Shown piece after piece: positions 39,715-50,142 of a stretch of DNA of 56,288 nucleotides (its first letter is position 1; each line of letters opens with the position of its first letter). This stretch comes from Alphaproteobacteria bacterium. GTDB taxonomy: Bacteria; Pseudomonadota; Alphaproteobacteria; SHVW01. The DNA is taken from positions 1 through 56,288 of the forward strand of contig SHVW01000004.1 of NCBI GenBank assembly GCA_009694085.1. Reading direction: 5' to 3'. The position numbers and the translations under genes are program-made. The notes beneath the pieces are model-generated. The model made no database searches, was not told the origin of the DNA, and saw only the letters and a list, made by a program, of their open reading frames with translations.

Positions 39715-41175
39715 ATGTCCGCCACCGTGATCCGCAATGCCGATTGGGCCGTGTTGTGGGACCAGACGGCCGGCCGTCATGTCTACCGCCGCAATGTCGA
39801 CGTGGCCTTCCAGGGCAATCGCATCGTTCATGCCGGGCCCGGTTTCGCCGGGCCGGCCGCGCGCGTCATCGACGGCAGCCGCCGCCTGGTCATGCCCGGC
39901 CTGGTCAATGTGCATACCCATTGCATGTCGGAAAATCTGGGCCGAGGGCTGACGGAGGAGCTGGGCAATCCCGCGCTCTATATGAGCGCGCTTTACGACC
40001 TCAAAGCCGTCTTCCTCGTCGCCCACTCCATGTCCCTTGAGGGCGATCAAGTCGACGGCGTGCGCGCGGCAACCGAGGTGGCGCTGGGCGAATTGCTGCT
40101 ATCGGGCGTCACCACGGTTGCCGATCTCGCCGTGCCCTATGAGGGCTGGCTCGACATATTGGCGGCCAGCGGCATCCGCGGGGTCGCCGCGCCGATGTAC
40201 CGCTCGGCCCGCTGGGTCGTGCGCACGGGCAATCAACTCGAATACGACTGGGATGAGGAGGCCGGTCGGCGCGCCTTCGATCAGGCGCTCGCTGTCGTCG
40301 ATGCCGCGGGCAAGCACCCGTCCGGCCGGCTCAGCGGCATGGTCTCGCCGGCCCAGGTCGATACCTGTAGCGCCGAGCTGCTGACGGACAGCCTAGCTGC
40401 GGCGGCGGAACGGAACATGCCGATTACCCTCCATTGCAGCCAGTCCGTGGTCGAATTCCAGGAGATGGCGCGGCGTCACGGCATGTCGCCGGTGCAATGG
40501 CTGGCCAAGATCGGCTTCCTCGGCCCGCGCACTCTGCTGGCTCATGCCATGTTCGTGGATAGCCAGTCCTGGGTCGGTTGGTGGTCGAAGCGGGATATCG
40601 CGCTGCTGGCCGAAACCGGTACTTCGGTCGCCCATTGCCCGACCGTGTTTTCGCGCTATGGCCAGGCCATGGAGAGTTTCGGCGGCTATGTCCGCGCCGG
40701 GGTCAAGATGGCGATCGGCACAGACACCCAGCCGCACAACATGCTGGAGGAATTGCGCACGGCGCTCATCCTATCGCGCGTAACCAGCCGCGACGTTCAC
40801 AGCGTTTCGCTAAGCGACGCCTTCCACGCCGCCACGGTCGGAGGAGCACACGCGCTCGGCCGCGACGATATCGGCCGCATCGCTCCGGGCGCCAAAGCCG
40901 ACCTGACCCTGGTCGATCTCGACCATCCCGCCATGCAACCCGCGCGCGATCCCTTGCGCAGCTTGATCTTCTCGGCTGCCGACCGTGCCGTTCACGATGT
41001 CTTCGTCGATGGCCGGCAGGTGGTTGAGGCCGGTCGAGTCACCACGATCGACCGCCGCAGCGCCGCCGAACGTCTGACTCGCGCTCAGCGCATCGTGATG
41101 CAAGCCGTGCCCAAAGTCGACTATGCCGGTCGCAGCGCCGACCAAATCTCGCCGCTTAGCCTGACACTGGGCTGA
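39715..41175 (+). CDS. Metal-dependent amidohydrolase (AtzA/TrzA/SsnA-like deaminase family)
   Basis: PGLVN.HTH, SGVTT, LH, AHCP, IGTD, AT.GGA..LG...GRI..GAKAD; RBS AAGGAG. Confidence 0.9.
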   Translation: MSATVIRNADWAVLWDQTAGRHVYRRNVDVAFQGNRIVHAGPGFAGPAARVIDGSRRLVMPGLVNVHTHCMSENLGRGLTEELGNPALYMSALYDLKAVFLVAHSMSLEGDQVDGVRAATEVALGELLLSGVTTVADLAVPYEGWLDILAASGIRGVAAPMYRSARWVVRTGNQLEYDWDEEAGRRAFDQALAVVDAAGKHPSGRLSGMVSPAQVDTCSAELLTDSLAAAAERNMPITLHCSQSVVEFQEMARRHGMSPVQWLAKIGFLGPRTLLAHAMFVDSQSWVGWWSKRDIALLAETGTSVAHCPTVFSRYGQAMESFGGYVRAGVKMAIGTDTQPHNMLEELRTALILSRVTSRDVHSVSLSDAFHAATVGGAHALGRDDIGRIAPGAKADLTLVDLDHPAMQPARDPLRSLIFSAADRAVHDVFVDGRQVVEAGRVTTIDRRSAAERLTRAQRIVMQAVPKVDYAGRSADQISPLSLTLG

Positions 41176-41194
41176 AACGGCAGTCAGCTGCGCG

Positions 41195-42928
41195 TCACTT
41201 CGGTTTCGGCATGATCCCTCGATAGACCGGAATCTTTCGCGGCTCCGGTGCCACCGAGATCGGAGGGGGTACCGGCGCCGGCGGCGGCACCAATCGCTCG
41301 AGCGACTGCGCGGTCAGTTGGCTTTCCGTGCCCTTTAATTTCATCTGCTCGACGTAGTCAGTGACGGCGCGGGCGTAGACCTCTATCTGGATGTCCAGTT
41401 CCCCGGCCTTGACGCGGCCGAGCGCCACGTCCATGGGCTGGACGCGCTGGTCGATGAATATGCACATGGTGCGTAGCATCAGCTTTTCGCGCTCCGAGGC
41501 ATGATTGCCGCCATAGCGAAACTTTCCGGCGGCACGGATTTCCTCACGTTCCTGTTTGTTACTCTTGCCGAAAATGCCGGAGAACTTGGTCCACTTGCCG
41601 ACTACGCCCAGACGCACGAAGGCATCGATCACCTTTTCCGGCACGGATTTGTTCTGATGGCTTAGATCGAGCACAAGGCGGGCAAGGTAGCGCAGTTCGA
41701 AATAACGCGCGAGGTCGACATGGGCGGCGAACTGAAAGTGGTTGAGCTTGAAGGTGGCGTAGACATTGGCCACCAGATCTTCCGACAACTCGGTCAACTC
41801 GTCCTGCACGGCAGCTACGAGAATGTCGCCCGTGATCGACTTCGACTTCTTATCGAACATGGTCCACAGCAAGGCCATGACCGCGCTGCGGCGCTGCGCG
41901 GCGTTGGGCGGGCGCCCGGGCAGCGCGACAACGTGCGTGACCTCGTTCACGCCATGCTTGATGGCAGCCACGATCTCGCTACTGAATTCGGTGAATTGCA
42001 AGTGCAGCCGGGTCTTGAGATCGGCGATGCTGTCATCCGAAGCGGGCGTCAGGAACATCTTGGTCTGTAGTTTGCCCTCGATGAATTCGACCGCCTTTTC
42101 CGCGCCTGTGGTGCTGAGCGCGCCGGACGCCTTCTTCGAGACCGCGGCGGCGTCGAGCGCGATGTAAACGACTTTCTCGATGCCCTCGACCAGAAGTTTG
42201 CCAAGCAACCCGCCCAGCGGCCCGCCGACCACTGCGAGTCCGCCGCCGACGATCTTCATGGCAAGCCCGATTAGCTTGCGCTTGTCCTCGTTGGCTGCGG
42301 CGACGACCTGGTTGTAGCTGGTGAAGGCGCTCTAGGCGGCGTCCAGGCATTGCGCGATATTGACCCGAACTTTCTCGAACCGTTCCATGAGGTCGGCGAG
42401 CTGGATGGCGCCAAAAAAATGGTCGACATTGGTTAGGACAAAGTTGACGTGGGCAACATTGAAGGGGAAGTCATCGGGGTTGTTTACCAGCAAGTCGAAT
42501 TGGGTGGCGCGAGCCGGCGGCGGGCCCGGCCAGCGCACGCGATTCCAGATGGCCTCGGATCCAGCGCCAGCGCCTAAGGACTGGCGATAAAGCGCCAGCA
42601 TAGAGGTCAGCTCGGTTTGCAGATCCTGGGCCGATTTCTTCTTGGCCGCCTCTTTGTTTTTGTCGATCTGCTGGATCGCCTGCTGACCACCCATGACTAG
42701 GGTCAGGAACAGGATCGCGCGCGCCATCTTGCGACGGCCCTGTTCGGCCGCATCGCCGCTAATCCAATAACCTAACCCTATATTGCCGAGATAGCTCACC
42801 AGCGTCGACTCGACTTGCGGATAGCGCGGGTGCTGTGCCAACCTAATTGGCGTCATGGTTGGATCGACGGACTGAATGACGCCCTGGACGTCACTCAGGC
42901 GTCGCTGATTATCCGTGTTAAGCGGCAT
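41195..42928 (-). pseudogene. Orphan ~577-codon reading frame interrupted by a single in-frame TAG (42332-42334)
   Basis: The track ORFs 42332..42964 and 41195..42259 are in one frame; the 24 codons between them are open (SAFTSYNQVVAAANEDKRKLIGLA). GAGGT RBS precedes ATG 42928; no RBS precedes ATG 42259. No family recognised. Confidence 0.7.
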
Positions 42929-43093
42929 GCCCTGGAACCTCGCAATTAGCTGAATCCAAAACAAACTTTCCTCTCGGCTTAGGCAAACCCCGGCTCATTC
43001 CGCGACTTGGCGGCGGCTCCGATTGGCTGCATTCGGTCGACTCGAGTCGCCCGCGTGACCGCAGGCACGACCTGGGCTAGCCTTGCCGTCGAC

Positions 43094-44740
43094 ATGACCG
43101 ACATTACGACCACCCCAGCCTGGCAAGCGCTTGCGGATCATCACACGACGATGGCAAGCGTTCACATGCGCGACCTATTTGCCGGCGACCCCGAACGATT
43201 TACGCGCTTCTCGCTGACTCATGGCGATTTGCTGCTGGATTTCTCAAAGAACCGGATAACAGCCGCGACCATGGATCGGCTCCACGATCTCGCCCGCGCC
43301 ATCGACGTGAAAGGCCGGGCCGAGCGCATGTTCCGGGGCGAGGCGATCAACACGACCGAGAACCGGCCGGTCCTGCATGTGGCGCTGCGCAATCGATCGA
43401 ACACGCCAATCCCGGTCGGCGGTGTCGATGTCATGCCGGCGGTCAATGCCGTACTCGTCCGCATGGCCGATTTCGCGACCGCCGTACACGACGGCCGCTG
43501 GCTGGGTTATACCGGCCATCCCATTGCGCATATCGTCAATATCGGCATCGGCGGCTCCGATCTGGGCCCGCAGATGGCGGTGGAGGCGCTTGCTCATCGC
43601 CGCCATCCCAGCCTCGACATGCACTTCGTCTCCAATGTCGATGGCAGCCAAATGGCGCGAACGCTCACCGGCCTCGACCCCGCACGCACGTTGTTCATCG
43701 TCGCCTCCAAAACCTTCACGACCGAGGAGACCATGACCAATGCCGCCAGTGCCCGCGCCTGGTTGCTGGCCGCGCTCAAGGACGATGCCGCGGTTGCCCG
43801 CCATTTCGTTGCCGTCTCGACCAATACGCGGGGGGTTAACGATTTCGGTATCGATACGGCGAATATGTTCGAGTTCTGGGATTGGGTCGGCGGACGCTAC
43901 TCGCTCTGGTCGGCGATCGGCCTGTCGATCATGCTGGCGGTTGGACCCAATGGCTTCTTTGCCTTACTCGACGGCGCCCACGACATGGATCGCCATTTTC
44001 ACGATGCTCCGATCGAGCGGAACTTGCCGATCGCTCTAGCGTTGATCGGCATCTGGAATGCCAATTTCCTCGGCGCCGACAGCCATGCGGTCATTCCCTA
44101 CGACCAGCGGCTCCACCGCTTGCCTGCCTTCCTTCAGCAACTCGACATGGAAAGCAACGGCAAGAGCGTGACGCGCGACGGCGCCGCCGTTTCCGCACAT
44201 ACCGGCCCGATCGTGTGGGGCGAGCCCGGCACCAATGGGCAGCACGCCTTCTTCCAATTACTGCATCAGGGCACCCGCCCGGTGCCGATCGACTTCATCT
44301 TGGCGCGCGAGAGCGATTATCGGCTGGGCCGTCATCACTCCATGCTGGTTGCCAACTGTCTTGCCCAGTCGGAGGCCCTGATGATGGGCAAGACGGCGAC
44401 GGAGGCGCGTGCTGAGTTGGAACGGGACGGCCTCGCCGGCACGGCGTTGGAACGGCTCCTGCCCCACAAGGTTTTCCCGGGCAATCGGCCGAGCAACACG
44501 ATCCTGATCGATCGCCTCGATCCGGCCACGCTGGGGCGCCTGATTGCGCTTTACGAGCATAAGGTGTTCGTTCAGGGCGCGATCTGGGGCGTCAATTCCT
44601 TCGACCAATGGGGTGTGGAATTGGGCAAGCAGCTCGCCCGCCGCATCCTGGGCGAGATCGAGGGGGGGCCCGCTTTGCCTCACGATTCCTCGACTGCGGC
44701 GTTGATTGCACGCGTGGCGGCACGGAACCGGCAGCGTTAG
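43094..44740 (+). CDS. pgi: Glucose-6-phosphate isomerase
   Basis: Start moved to ATG 43094; [66 protein letters not shown]. Confidence 0.98.
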   Translation: MTDITTTPAWQALADHHTTMASVHMRDLFAGDPERFTRFSLTHGDLLLDFSKNRITAATMDRLHDLARAIDVKGRAERMFRGEAINTTENRPVLHVALRNRSNTPIPVGGVDVMPAVNAVLVRMADFATAVHDGRWLGYTGHPIAHIVNIGIGGSDLGPQMAVEALAHRRHPSLDMHFVSNVDGSQMARTLTGLDPARTLFIVASKTFTTEETMTNAASARAWLLAALKDDAAVARHFVAVSTNTRGVNDFGIDTANMFEFWDWVGGRYSLWSAIGLSIMLAVGPNGFFALLDGAHDMDRHFHDAPIERNLPIALALIGIWNANFLGADSHAVIPYDQRLHRLPAFLQQLDMESNGKSVTRDGAAVSAHTGPIVWGEPGTNGQHAFFQLLHQGTRPVPIDFILARESDYRLGRHHSMLVANCLAQSEALMMGKTATEARAELERDGLAGTALERLLPHKVFPGNRPSNTILIDRLDPATLGRLIALYEHKVFVQGAIWGVNSFDQWGVELGKQLARRILGEIEGGPALPHDSSTAALIARVAARNRQR

Positions 44741-45765
44741 AGATACTTCGCCCTGATATCGACCGTGCTCTCCCGGCCGATGCCATCGTAATGAGCCACC
44801 AGCCAGTTTCGCGCGCTGGCGCTGCCGGCCGCGCGCAATTCACCGAGAAAACCGGCGTCGGTATCGTATTTCGAAGACAGGCCGAGCTTGCGCATGACGT
44901 CATCCGACTCGATCGAATGCATGTTGACGCGCTTCAGACTTTTGTCGCGAACGGCACCGCTGTCGATCAGCTTGGTCACAAAGGCAATCGCACGCATCTC
45001 GCGCATGAGCGAGGAATTGAAGCTGACCTCGTTGACCCGATCCATGATGGCGCTTGCCGTGGTCGGCACATCGTCGCGCCGGATCGGGTTGATGTGGACC
45101 ACGATCACGTCGGGCGACCGGCAATGATAAATCAGGGGAAAGATCGCGGGATTGCCCATATAACCGCCATCCCAATAGGCCTCGCCCTCGATCTCGACCG
45201 CCCGGAAAAATTGGGGCAGACAGGCCGATGCCAGCAATACCGCTGCCGACATTTCATGGGTCTCGAACACACGGATTTTGCCCGAGCGCACATTGGTCGC
45301 GGAAACGAACAGCCGAACGGCGGTACAGCGTCGGAGCATGTCGAAATCGATCAGCTCGGACAGCACGTCGCGAAGCGGATTGATGTCGAACGGATTAAGT
45401 TCGTAGGGCGAGAACAGACGGGTCATGGATTCGAGTGCGAAAAACGCCGGGTTGGCGTCGGCCCGCCCGCCGAACAGCCGCCCCGTCATCTGCACCACGC
45501 GCATGAGCGGCGAGGATTGAGCCGAGATGGCTTGCCAGAAACGATCGAGCGCCACGCGCGCGCCCTCGCGCCCACCCATCATCATGCCCTGGGCAAGCGC
45601 CGCAGCATTCATGGCGCCTGCGCTAGTGGCGCTGATCCCCTCGATGGCGATGCGCTCATCGGCCAGGAGGGCGTCAAGTACGCCCCAGGTATAGGCGCCA
45701 TGTGCCCCGCCGCCTTGAAGCGCCAGATTGATCGTTTTGACCGTGAGCGGTTCAGGCCGCGCCAT
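44737..45765 (-). CDS. Patatin-like phospholipase family protein
   Basis: Start moved to ATG 45765; LQGGGAHGA oxyanion loop, ATSAG nucleophile elbow, ASACLP, WDGG. Confidence 0.92.
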   Translation of the reverse strand: MARPEPLTVKTINLALQGGGAHGAYTWGVLDALLADERIAIEGISATSAGAMNAAALAQGMMMGGREGARVALDRFWQAISAQSSPLMRVVQMTGRLFGGRADANPAFFALESMTRLFSPYELNPFDINPLRDVLSELIDFDMLRRCTAVRLFVSATNVRSGKIRVFETHEMSAAVLLASACLPQFFRAVEIEGEAYWDGGYMGNPAIFPLIYHCRSPDVIVVHINPIRRDDVPTTASAIMDRVNEVSFNSSLMREMRAIAFVTKLIDSGAVRDKSLKRVNMHSIESDDVMRKLGLSSKYDTDAGFLGELRAAGSASARNWLVAHYDGIGRESTVDIRAKYL

Positions 45766-45772
45766 GTCGGGG

Positions 45773-46558
45773 CTATTGCGCCACCCAACCGCCGTCGATC
45801 GGCAGCGCCGTGCCCGTGATCGACTGAGCGGCATCGGTACATAGGAATACGGCCAAGCCCGCGATCTCGTCGGTACCGACGAATTTGCGCGTTGGTTGCC
45901 CCTTCAGCATGACCTCCTTGATCACGCGGCCGGGTGGCAGATTGTGCACCTTGGCTTGGTCGGCGATCTGCTTTTCCACGAGTGGGGTCAGCACATAACC
46001 CGGGCAAATCGCGTTGCACGTAATGCCTTCCTCGGCCACTTCGAGCGCCGTCACCTTGGTCAACCCGACCATGCCGTGCTTGGCCGCCACATAGGCCGAT
46101 TTGAAGGGCGAGCCGATCAGCCCATGAGCCGAGGCGAGGTTGATGATCCGTCCCCATTTGCGCGCCTTCATGCCGGGTAGCAGCGCGCGCGAGGTATGGA
46201 AGGCCGAATTGAGATTGATCGCGATGATCAGGTTCCACTTATCCAGCGGGAACTCGTGAACCGGCGCCACGTGCTGAATGCCGGCGTTGTTGACCACGAT
46301 ATCGACCTTGCCGAGCTCCGTCTCCGCGCGCTTGCACATCGCCGCGATGGCGTCGGCATTGCTCATATCGGCTTGCAGAAAGATCACTTTGCGTCCGGTT
46401 TCGTCGGCTAACTTTTTCCGGATCGGCTCGATATCGGCCGGGTTTTCATGGCTGTTGAGCGCCACGTCGGCGCCCGCCTCGGCCAAGCCCTTGGCCATGC
46501 CGAGGCCGATTCCGCTGGTCGATCCGGTAACCAGCGCCGTCTTGCCCTTGAGCGACAT
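45773..46558 (-). CDS. bdhA: D-3-hydroxybutyrate dehydrogenase
   Basis: Start moved to ATG 46558; TGSTSGIG, NNAGIQHV, SAHGL.GSP.KSAYVAAKHG, CPGYV.TPLV, DGGW.AQ. Confidence 0.92.
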   Translation of the reverse strand: MSLKGKTALVTGSTSGIGLGMAKGLAEAGADVALNSHENPADIEPIRKKLADETGRKVIFLQADMSNADAIAAMCKRAETELGKVDIVVNNAGIQHVAPVHEFPLDKWNLIIAINLNSAFHTSRALLPGMKARKWGRIINLASAHGLIGSPFKSAYVAAKHGMVGLTKVTALEVAEEGITCNAICPGYVLTPLVEKQIADQAKVHNLPPGRVIKEVMLKGQPTRKFVGTDEIAGLAVFLCTDAAQSITGTALPIDGGWVAQ

Positions 46559-46680
46559 GTGAAACTCATGCGTTGCGGTTGGCGGGACCGTCGCGAATCG
46601 ACCCAAGCAGACGCATCAAAGCAGAGGCGACAGCCCTTAGCAAGCGCCGCCCCGTAGGGTTGCTTGACCCACATCGCCCG

Positions 46681-47958
46681 ATGGGCGCAGCATCCGCCGC
46701 TCGTTCTGGAACTTTAGGTAGCCTCTTGCCCGTCGCATACGACCCTCGCCTGCCCGCCGAGATCGCCGATCCTTTCCCGAGTTTCGCACGGTTGCGCCTG
46801 ACCGACCCGGTTCATCGCAGCGATGTGCTCGGCGGTTGGGTCCTGACCCGCTATGCCGACTGCCGCGCCGCGCTTAACGACAAGCGGCTGTCGGCCGACC
46901 GCATCACGCCGTTCCGCGACCATTTGCAGCCCAGCGCCCGCGAACGCGTGGCCGACTTGCTGCGCCTGCTGGGTCAATGGGCGGCGTTCACCGATCCGCC
47001 CGTGCATAGCCGGCTGCGCGGTTTGATGAACAAAGCGTTCACGCCGCGCGCGATCGAAAGATTGCGCCCTGGCATCCAAGCGCTGGTCGACCGTCTGATC
47101 GATCCCATACTTGGCACAAGCGAAATCGAATTGATTCGCGATTTCGCCTACCCCCTGCCCGCCACTGTAATCGCCGCCATGATCGGCGTGCCCCGGGCTG
47201 ACCTCGATACCTTCAAGCGTTGGTCCGACGACCTCGCCGCCTTCGTCGGCAATTCGCTGGCAACACCGGACAAGCGTGACCGGGCGCAAGCCGGCGCTGT
47301 GGAGATGACGGCCTATTTTCGTGCACTCGCGGGAGAGCACCGGCGCCAGCCCCAGGATGACATCCTGTCCGGCCTGATCGCCGCCACCGAGGATGGCGAC
47401 CGGCTAAGCGAGGACGAGCTGGTGGCGACCTGCGTTCTGCTGCTGTTTGCCGGCCACGAGACCACAACCAATTTGATCGGCAATGGAATGTTGGCGCTGT
47501 TGCGCCATCCCGATCAATGGACGCGTCTCGCCGCCGATCCCAGCCTGATCGAGAGCGCGGTTGAGGAGATGTTGCGGTATGACGGGCCAACCATGGCCAT
47601 GACGCGCATTGCTTTAGAAGACGTGTGTTATGGCGAGCATATAATCGAGCGTGGCGACCGGCTCTACCTGATGCTCAATGCCGCCAATCGCGATCCCGAG
47701 ATCTTTCCCGCACCAGATCGTTTCGACGTCGGTCGTGTCGACAATCGCCACATTTCGTTCGGCTATGGCATCCACTACTGCCTGGGCGCGCCACTGGCAC
47801 GGCTCGAGGCCACCATCGGCATGTCCAGCCTGCTCGCCCGCCTACCCGGCCTATCGCTTGCCACGGACCGGCCGGAATGGAGCGATAGCCTGGTGCTGCG
47901 CGGCGTCAAGGCCCTGCCCTTGCGATCCACGCCGGCACCGGCCATGGTGGCGCAATGA
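46681..47958 (+). CDS. Cytochrome P450 (start uncertain: ATG 46681 or TTG 46726)
   Basis: DPP.H.RLR, AGHETT (I-helix), EEMLR (ExxR), AANRDP, FGYGIHYCLG heme ligand. Confidence 0.95.
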   Translation: MGAASAARSGTLGSLLPVAYDPRLPAEIADPFPSFARLRLTDPVHRSDVLGGWVLTRYADCRAALNDKRLSADRITPFRDHLQPSARERVADLLRLLGQWAAFTDPPVHSRLRGLMNKAFTPRAIERLRPGIQALVDRLIDPILGTSEIELIRDFAYPLPATVIAAMIGVPRADLDTFKRWSDDLAAFVGNSLATPDKRDRAQAGAVEMTAYFRALAGEHRRQPQDDILSGLIAATEDGDRLSEDELVATCVLLLFAGHETTTNLIGNGMLALLRHPDQWTRLAADPSLIESAVEEMLRYDGPTMAMTRIALEDVCYGEHIIERGDRLYLMLNAANRDPEIFPAPDRFDVGRVDNRHISFGYGIHYCLGAPLARLEATIGMSSLLARLPGLSLATDRPEWSDSLVLRGVKALPLRSTPAPAMVAQ

Positions 47959-49073
47959 AGCGCACCCACCGCCCGCGACCGGGCGATTCCATCGCGGCCA
48001 TGCCGGCCGCGGCCCTGCTGCCGGCCGAAACGCCGCCTTTCGCCGAACTCGTTTATCCATTGGCGACACCACCCGACAGCGGCACGACCGTCGAGGTCGC
48101 CCCGGGCGTTCACTGGCTGCGCATGCCGCTGCCCTTTCGCCTCGATCACATCAATCTCTGGCTGCTCGAGGACGGTCCGGGCTGGACCATTGTCGACACC
48201 GGTTTGGGTACGGAGAAGACCAAACAGATCTGGCGCGGCCTGTTCGCCGACCGGCTCGGCGGCAAGCCGGTGACCCGTTTGATCTGCACCCATTTCCATC
48301 CCGACCATATGGGCCTCGCCGGCTGGATCGCGGCGGAATGGAAGGTTCAACTCTGGGCGACCCGGATGGAATGGCTGTGGGGCCGCATGCTCAGCCTGGA
48401 CGATTCCGATCACGCGATCGAGGTCGGCATTGCCTTCTATGCGCGCGCCGGCATGGACGCCACCGGGCTGGATGCGCTGCGTCAGCGCGGCAATGCCTAT
48501 CGCAAGGGCACGGTGCCACCGCCTTCCCATATGCGTGCCATCGGCGCCGGCGAGATCATCCAGATCAGCGGACGCGGCTGGCATGTCCATATCGGCTCCG
48601 GCCATTCGCCCGAGCATGCCTGTCTTTACGCGCCCGACATCGACGTGCTGATCGCCGGCGATCAAGTGCTACCGCGCATCAGCCCCAATGTCAGCGTTTG
48701 GGGTTCGGAACCCGAGGACGACCCGCTCGCGCGCTTTCTCGCCACCATCGAGCGCCTGCGTGCGATCCCGGCGAGCGCCCTGGTGTTACCCTCCCATGGC
48801 CTGCCGTTCCGTGGGCTCCATCTCCGCCTGGATCAACTGGCGCGCCATCACGGTATTCATTTCGACCAGGTCATGGCGGCCTGCACCGATTGGCGTTCGG
48901 CCCAGGACGTAGCGCGCGTGCTGTTCACGCGCGAGTTGGACGCCCACCAGATGATTTTCGCCATCGGCGAAAGCCTGGCTCATCTGCACAATTTGGAACG
49001 GCGCGGCCAACTGGATCGCCGGCTCGGCGAGGACGGGGTCATCAGATTTCGCGCGCTGGGAGCATCGACATGA
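47955..49073 (+). CDS. MBL-fold metallo-hydrolase
   Basis: LPFRLDHIN, VDTG, THFHPDH, GHSPEH, GD..LP.ISPN, PSHG; start could be ATG 48000. Confidence 0.92.
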   Translation: MKRTHRPRPGDSIAAMPAAALLPAETPPFAELVYPLATPPDSGTTVEVAPGVHWLRMPLPFRLDHINLWLLEDGPGWTIVDTGLGTEKTKQIWRGLFADRLGGKPVTRLICTHFHPDHMGLAGWIAAEWKVQLWATRMEWLWGRMLSLDDSDHAIEVGIAFYARAGMDATGLDALRQRGNAYRKGTVPPPSHMRAIGAGEIIQISGRGWHVHIGSGHSPEHACLYAPDIDVLIAGDQVLPRISPNVSVWGSEPEDDPLARFLATIERLRAIPASALVLPSHGLPFRGLHLRLDQLARHHGIHFDQVMAACTDWRSAQDVARVLFTRELDAHQMIFAIGESLAHLHNLERRGQLDRRLGEDGVIRFRALGAST

Positions 49074-50140
49074 CGACACGCTGGAAACGCCGCCCGGTAG
49101 GTTCGACCTGGGGCGATTTCGGGCCCGACGATCAGCGCGGCCGGATCAATTTACTCACGCCCGAGCGCGTCCGGCGCGCGGTCCAGGAAGTGCGTGAGGG
49201 CCTGACTTTCTGCTTGTCCCTCCCGCTCGACTATCCCGGCGGCAACAAGCTCAATCCGCGCCGCCATCCGCCCCGCCTGCGCGCCACCGTGCGCGAGCAC
49301 GCGGGCAGCCCGAACTACGCCTTTCCGGTCGGGCGCGAGGTACCCGGCGCCACCGACGTGGTGTGCGACGACGCGGTGCTCCTACACCTGCAATATTCGA
49401 CTCAGTGGGACAGCTTCGCCCATGTCGGCAGCATGTTCGACGCCGATGGCGACGGCGTGCCGGAGCCGGTCTTCTACAACGGCTTTCGCGCCGGCGAGCA
49501 CATCACGGTGCCCGATCACGATGTCCGCGTGGTGATGGATGGCGCGATCCCGCTCGAAGGCGGACAGGCGCTGGAGGGCGTGCGGGCACGCGCGCTTGGT
49601 ATCGAGCGCATGGCCGAGAGCTGCGTGCAGGGCCGCGGTGTCATGATCGATTTGCACGCCGCCTTCGGCCGCGAGCGCCGCTTTATCGGCTATGACGATC
49701 TCATGCGTGTCATGACGGCCGACAAAGTCGAGGTCGAGACCGGCGACATGGTGTGCCTGCACACCGGCTTCGCCGACGTGGTACTTGCCATGAACGGCGA
49801 CCCCGACACCCACACCCTGGAGAATAGCTGTGTCGTGCTGAACGGCCGGGACGACCGGTTGCTCAAATGGATCGCGGATAGCGGGCTTGCCGTACTGATC
49901 GCCGATAATTATGCGGTCGAGGGCCTGCCGTCGCGCCCCGGCGTGGGAAGCTGCGCCTCGTTGCCGCTGCACGAGCATTGCCTGTTCAAGCTCGGCGTCC
50001 ATTTGGGCGAACTGTTCCATTTTGGGGATTTGGCGCGTTGGCTGCGTGCCCATAACCGCAGTCGGTTCCTGCTGACCGCCCCGCCGCTGCGCCTGCCCGG
50101 CGCGGTCGGCTCGCCGGCAACGCCAGTGGCGACCGTCTAG
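49070..50140 (+). CDS. Cyclase (kynurenine formamidase-like) family protein
   Basis: Start moved to ATG 49070; WG..G..D..G..N.LT, QYSTQWD...H, GRGV..D, DN.AVE, GE.F, G.VGSP..P.A. Confidence 0.88.
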   Translation: MTTRWKRRPVGSTWGDFGPDDQRGRINLLTPERVRRAVQEVREGLTFCLSLPLDYPGGNKLNPRRHPPRLRATVREHAGSPNYAFPVGREVPGATDVVCDDAVLLHLQYSTQWDSFAHVGSMFDADGDGVPEPVFYNGFRAGEHITVPDHDVRVVMDGAIPLEGGQALEGVRARALGIERMAESCVQGRGVMIDLHAAFGRERRFIGYDDLMRVMTADKVEVETGDMVCLHTGFADVVLAMNGDPDTHTLENSCVVLNGRDDRLLKWIADSGLAVLIADNYAVEGLPSRPGVGSCASLPLHEHCLFKLGVHLGELFHFGDLARWLRAHNRSRFLLTAPPLRLPGAVGSPATPVATV

Positions 50141-50142
50141 GC

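Noticed and set aside
42332-42334. Genome-wide TAG reassignment or pyrrolysine decoding as the default explanation
   Set aside because: Many conserved genes here end properly at TAG (e.g. 3180, 12738, 19592, 44740) and no pyl genes are in the window; kept only as a low-probability option.
47678-49069. Apparent 820-aa protein (N-terminal extension of the cyclase)
   Set aside because: The extension is an off-frame read through the P450 and MBL genes; the real start is ATG 49070. The same applies to the extended track starts at 992, 7052, 12210, 14798, 17646, 21313, 22190, 35604 and 54719.
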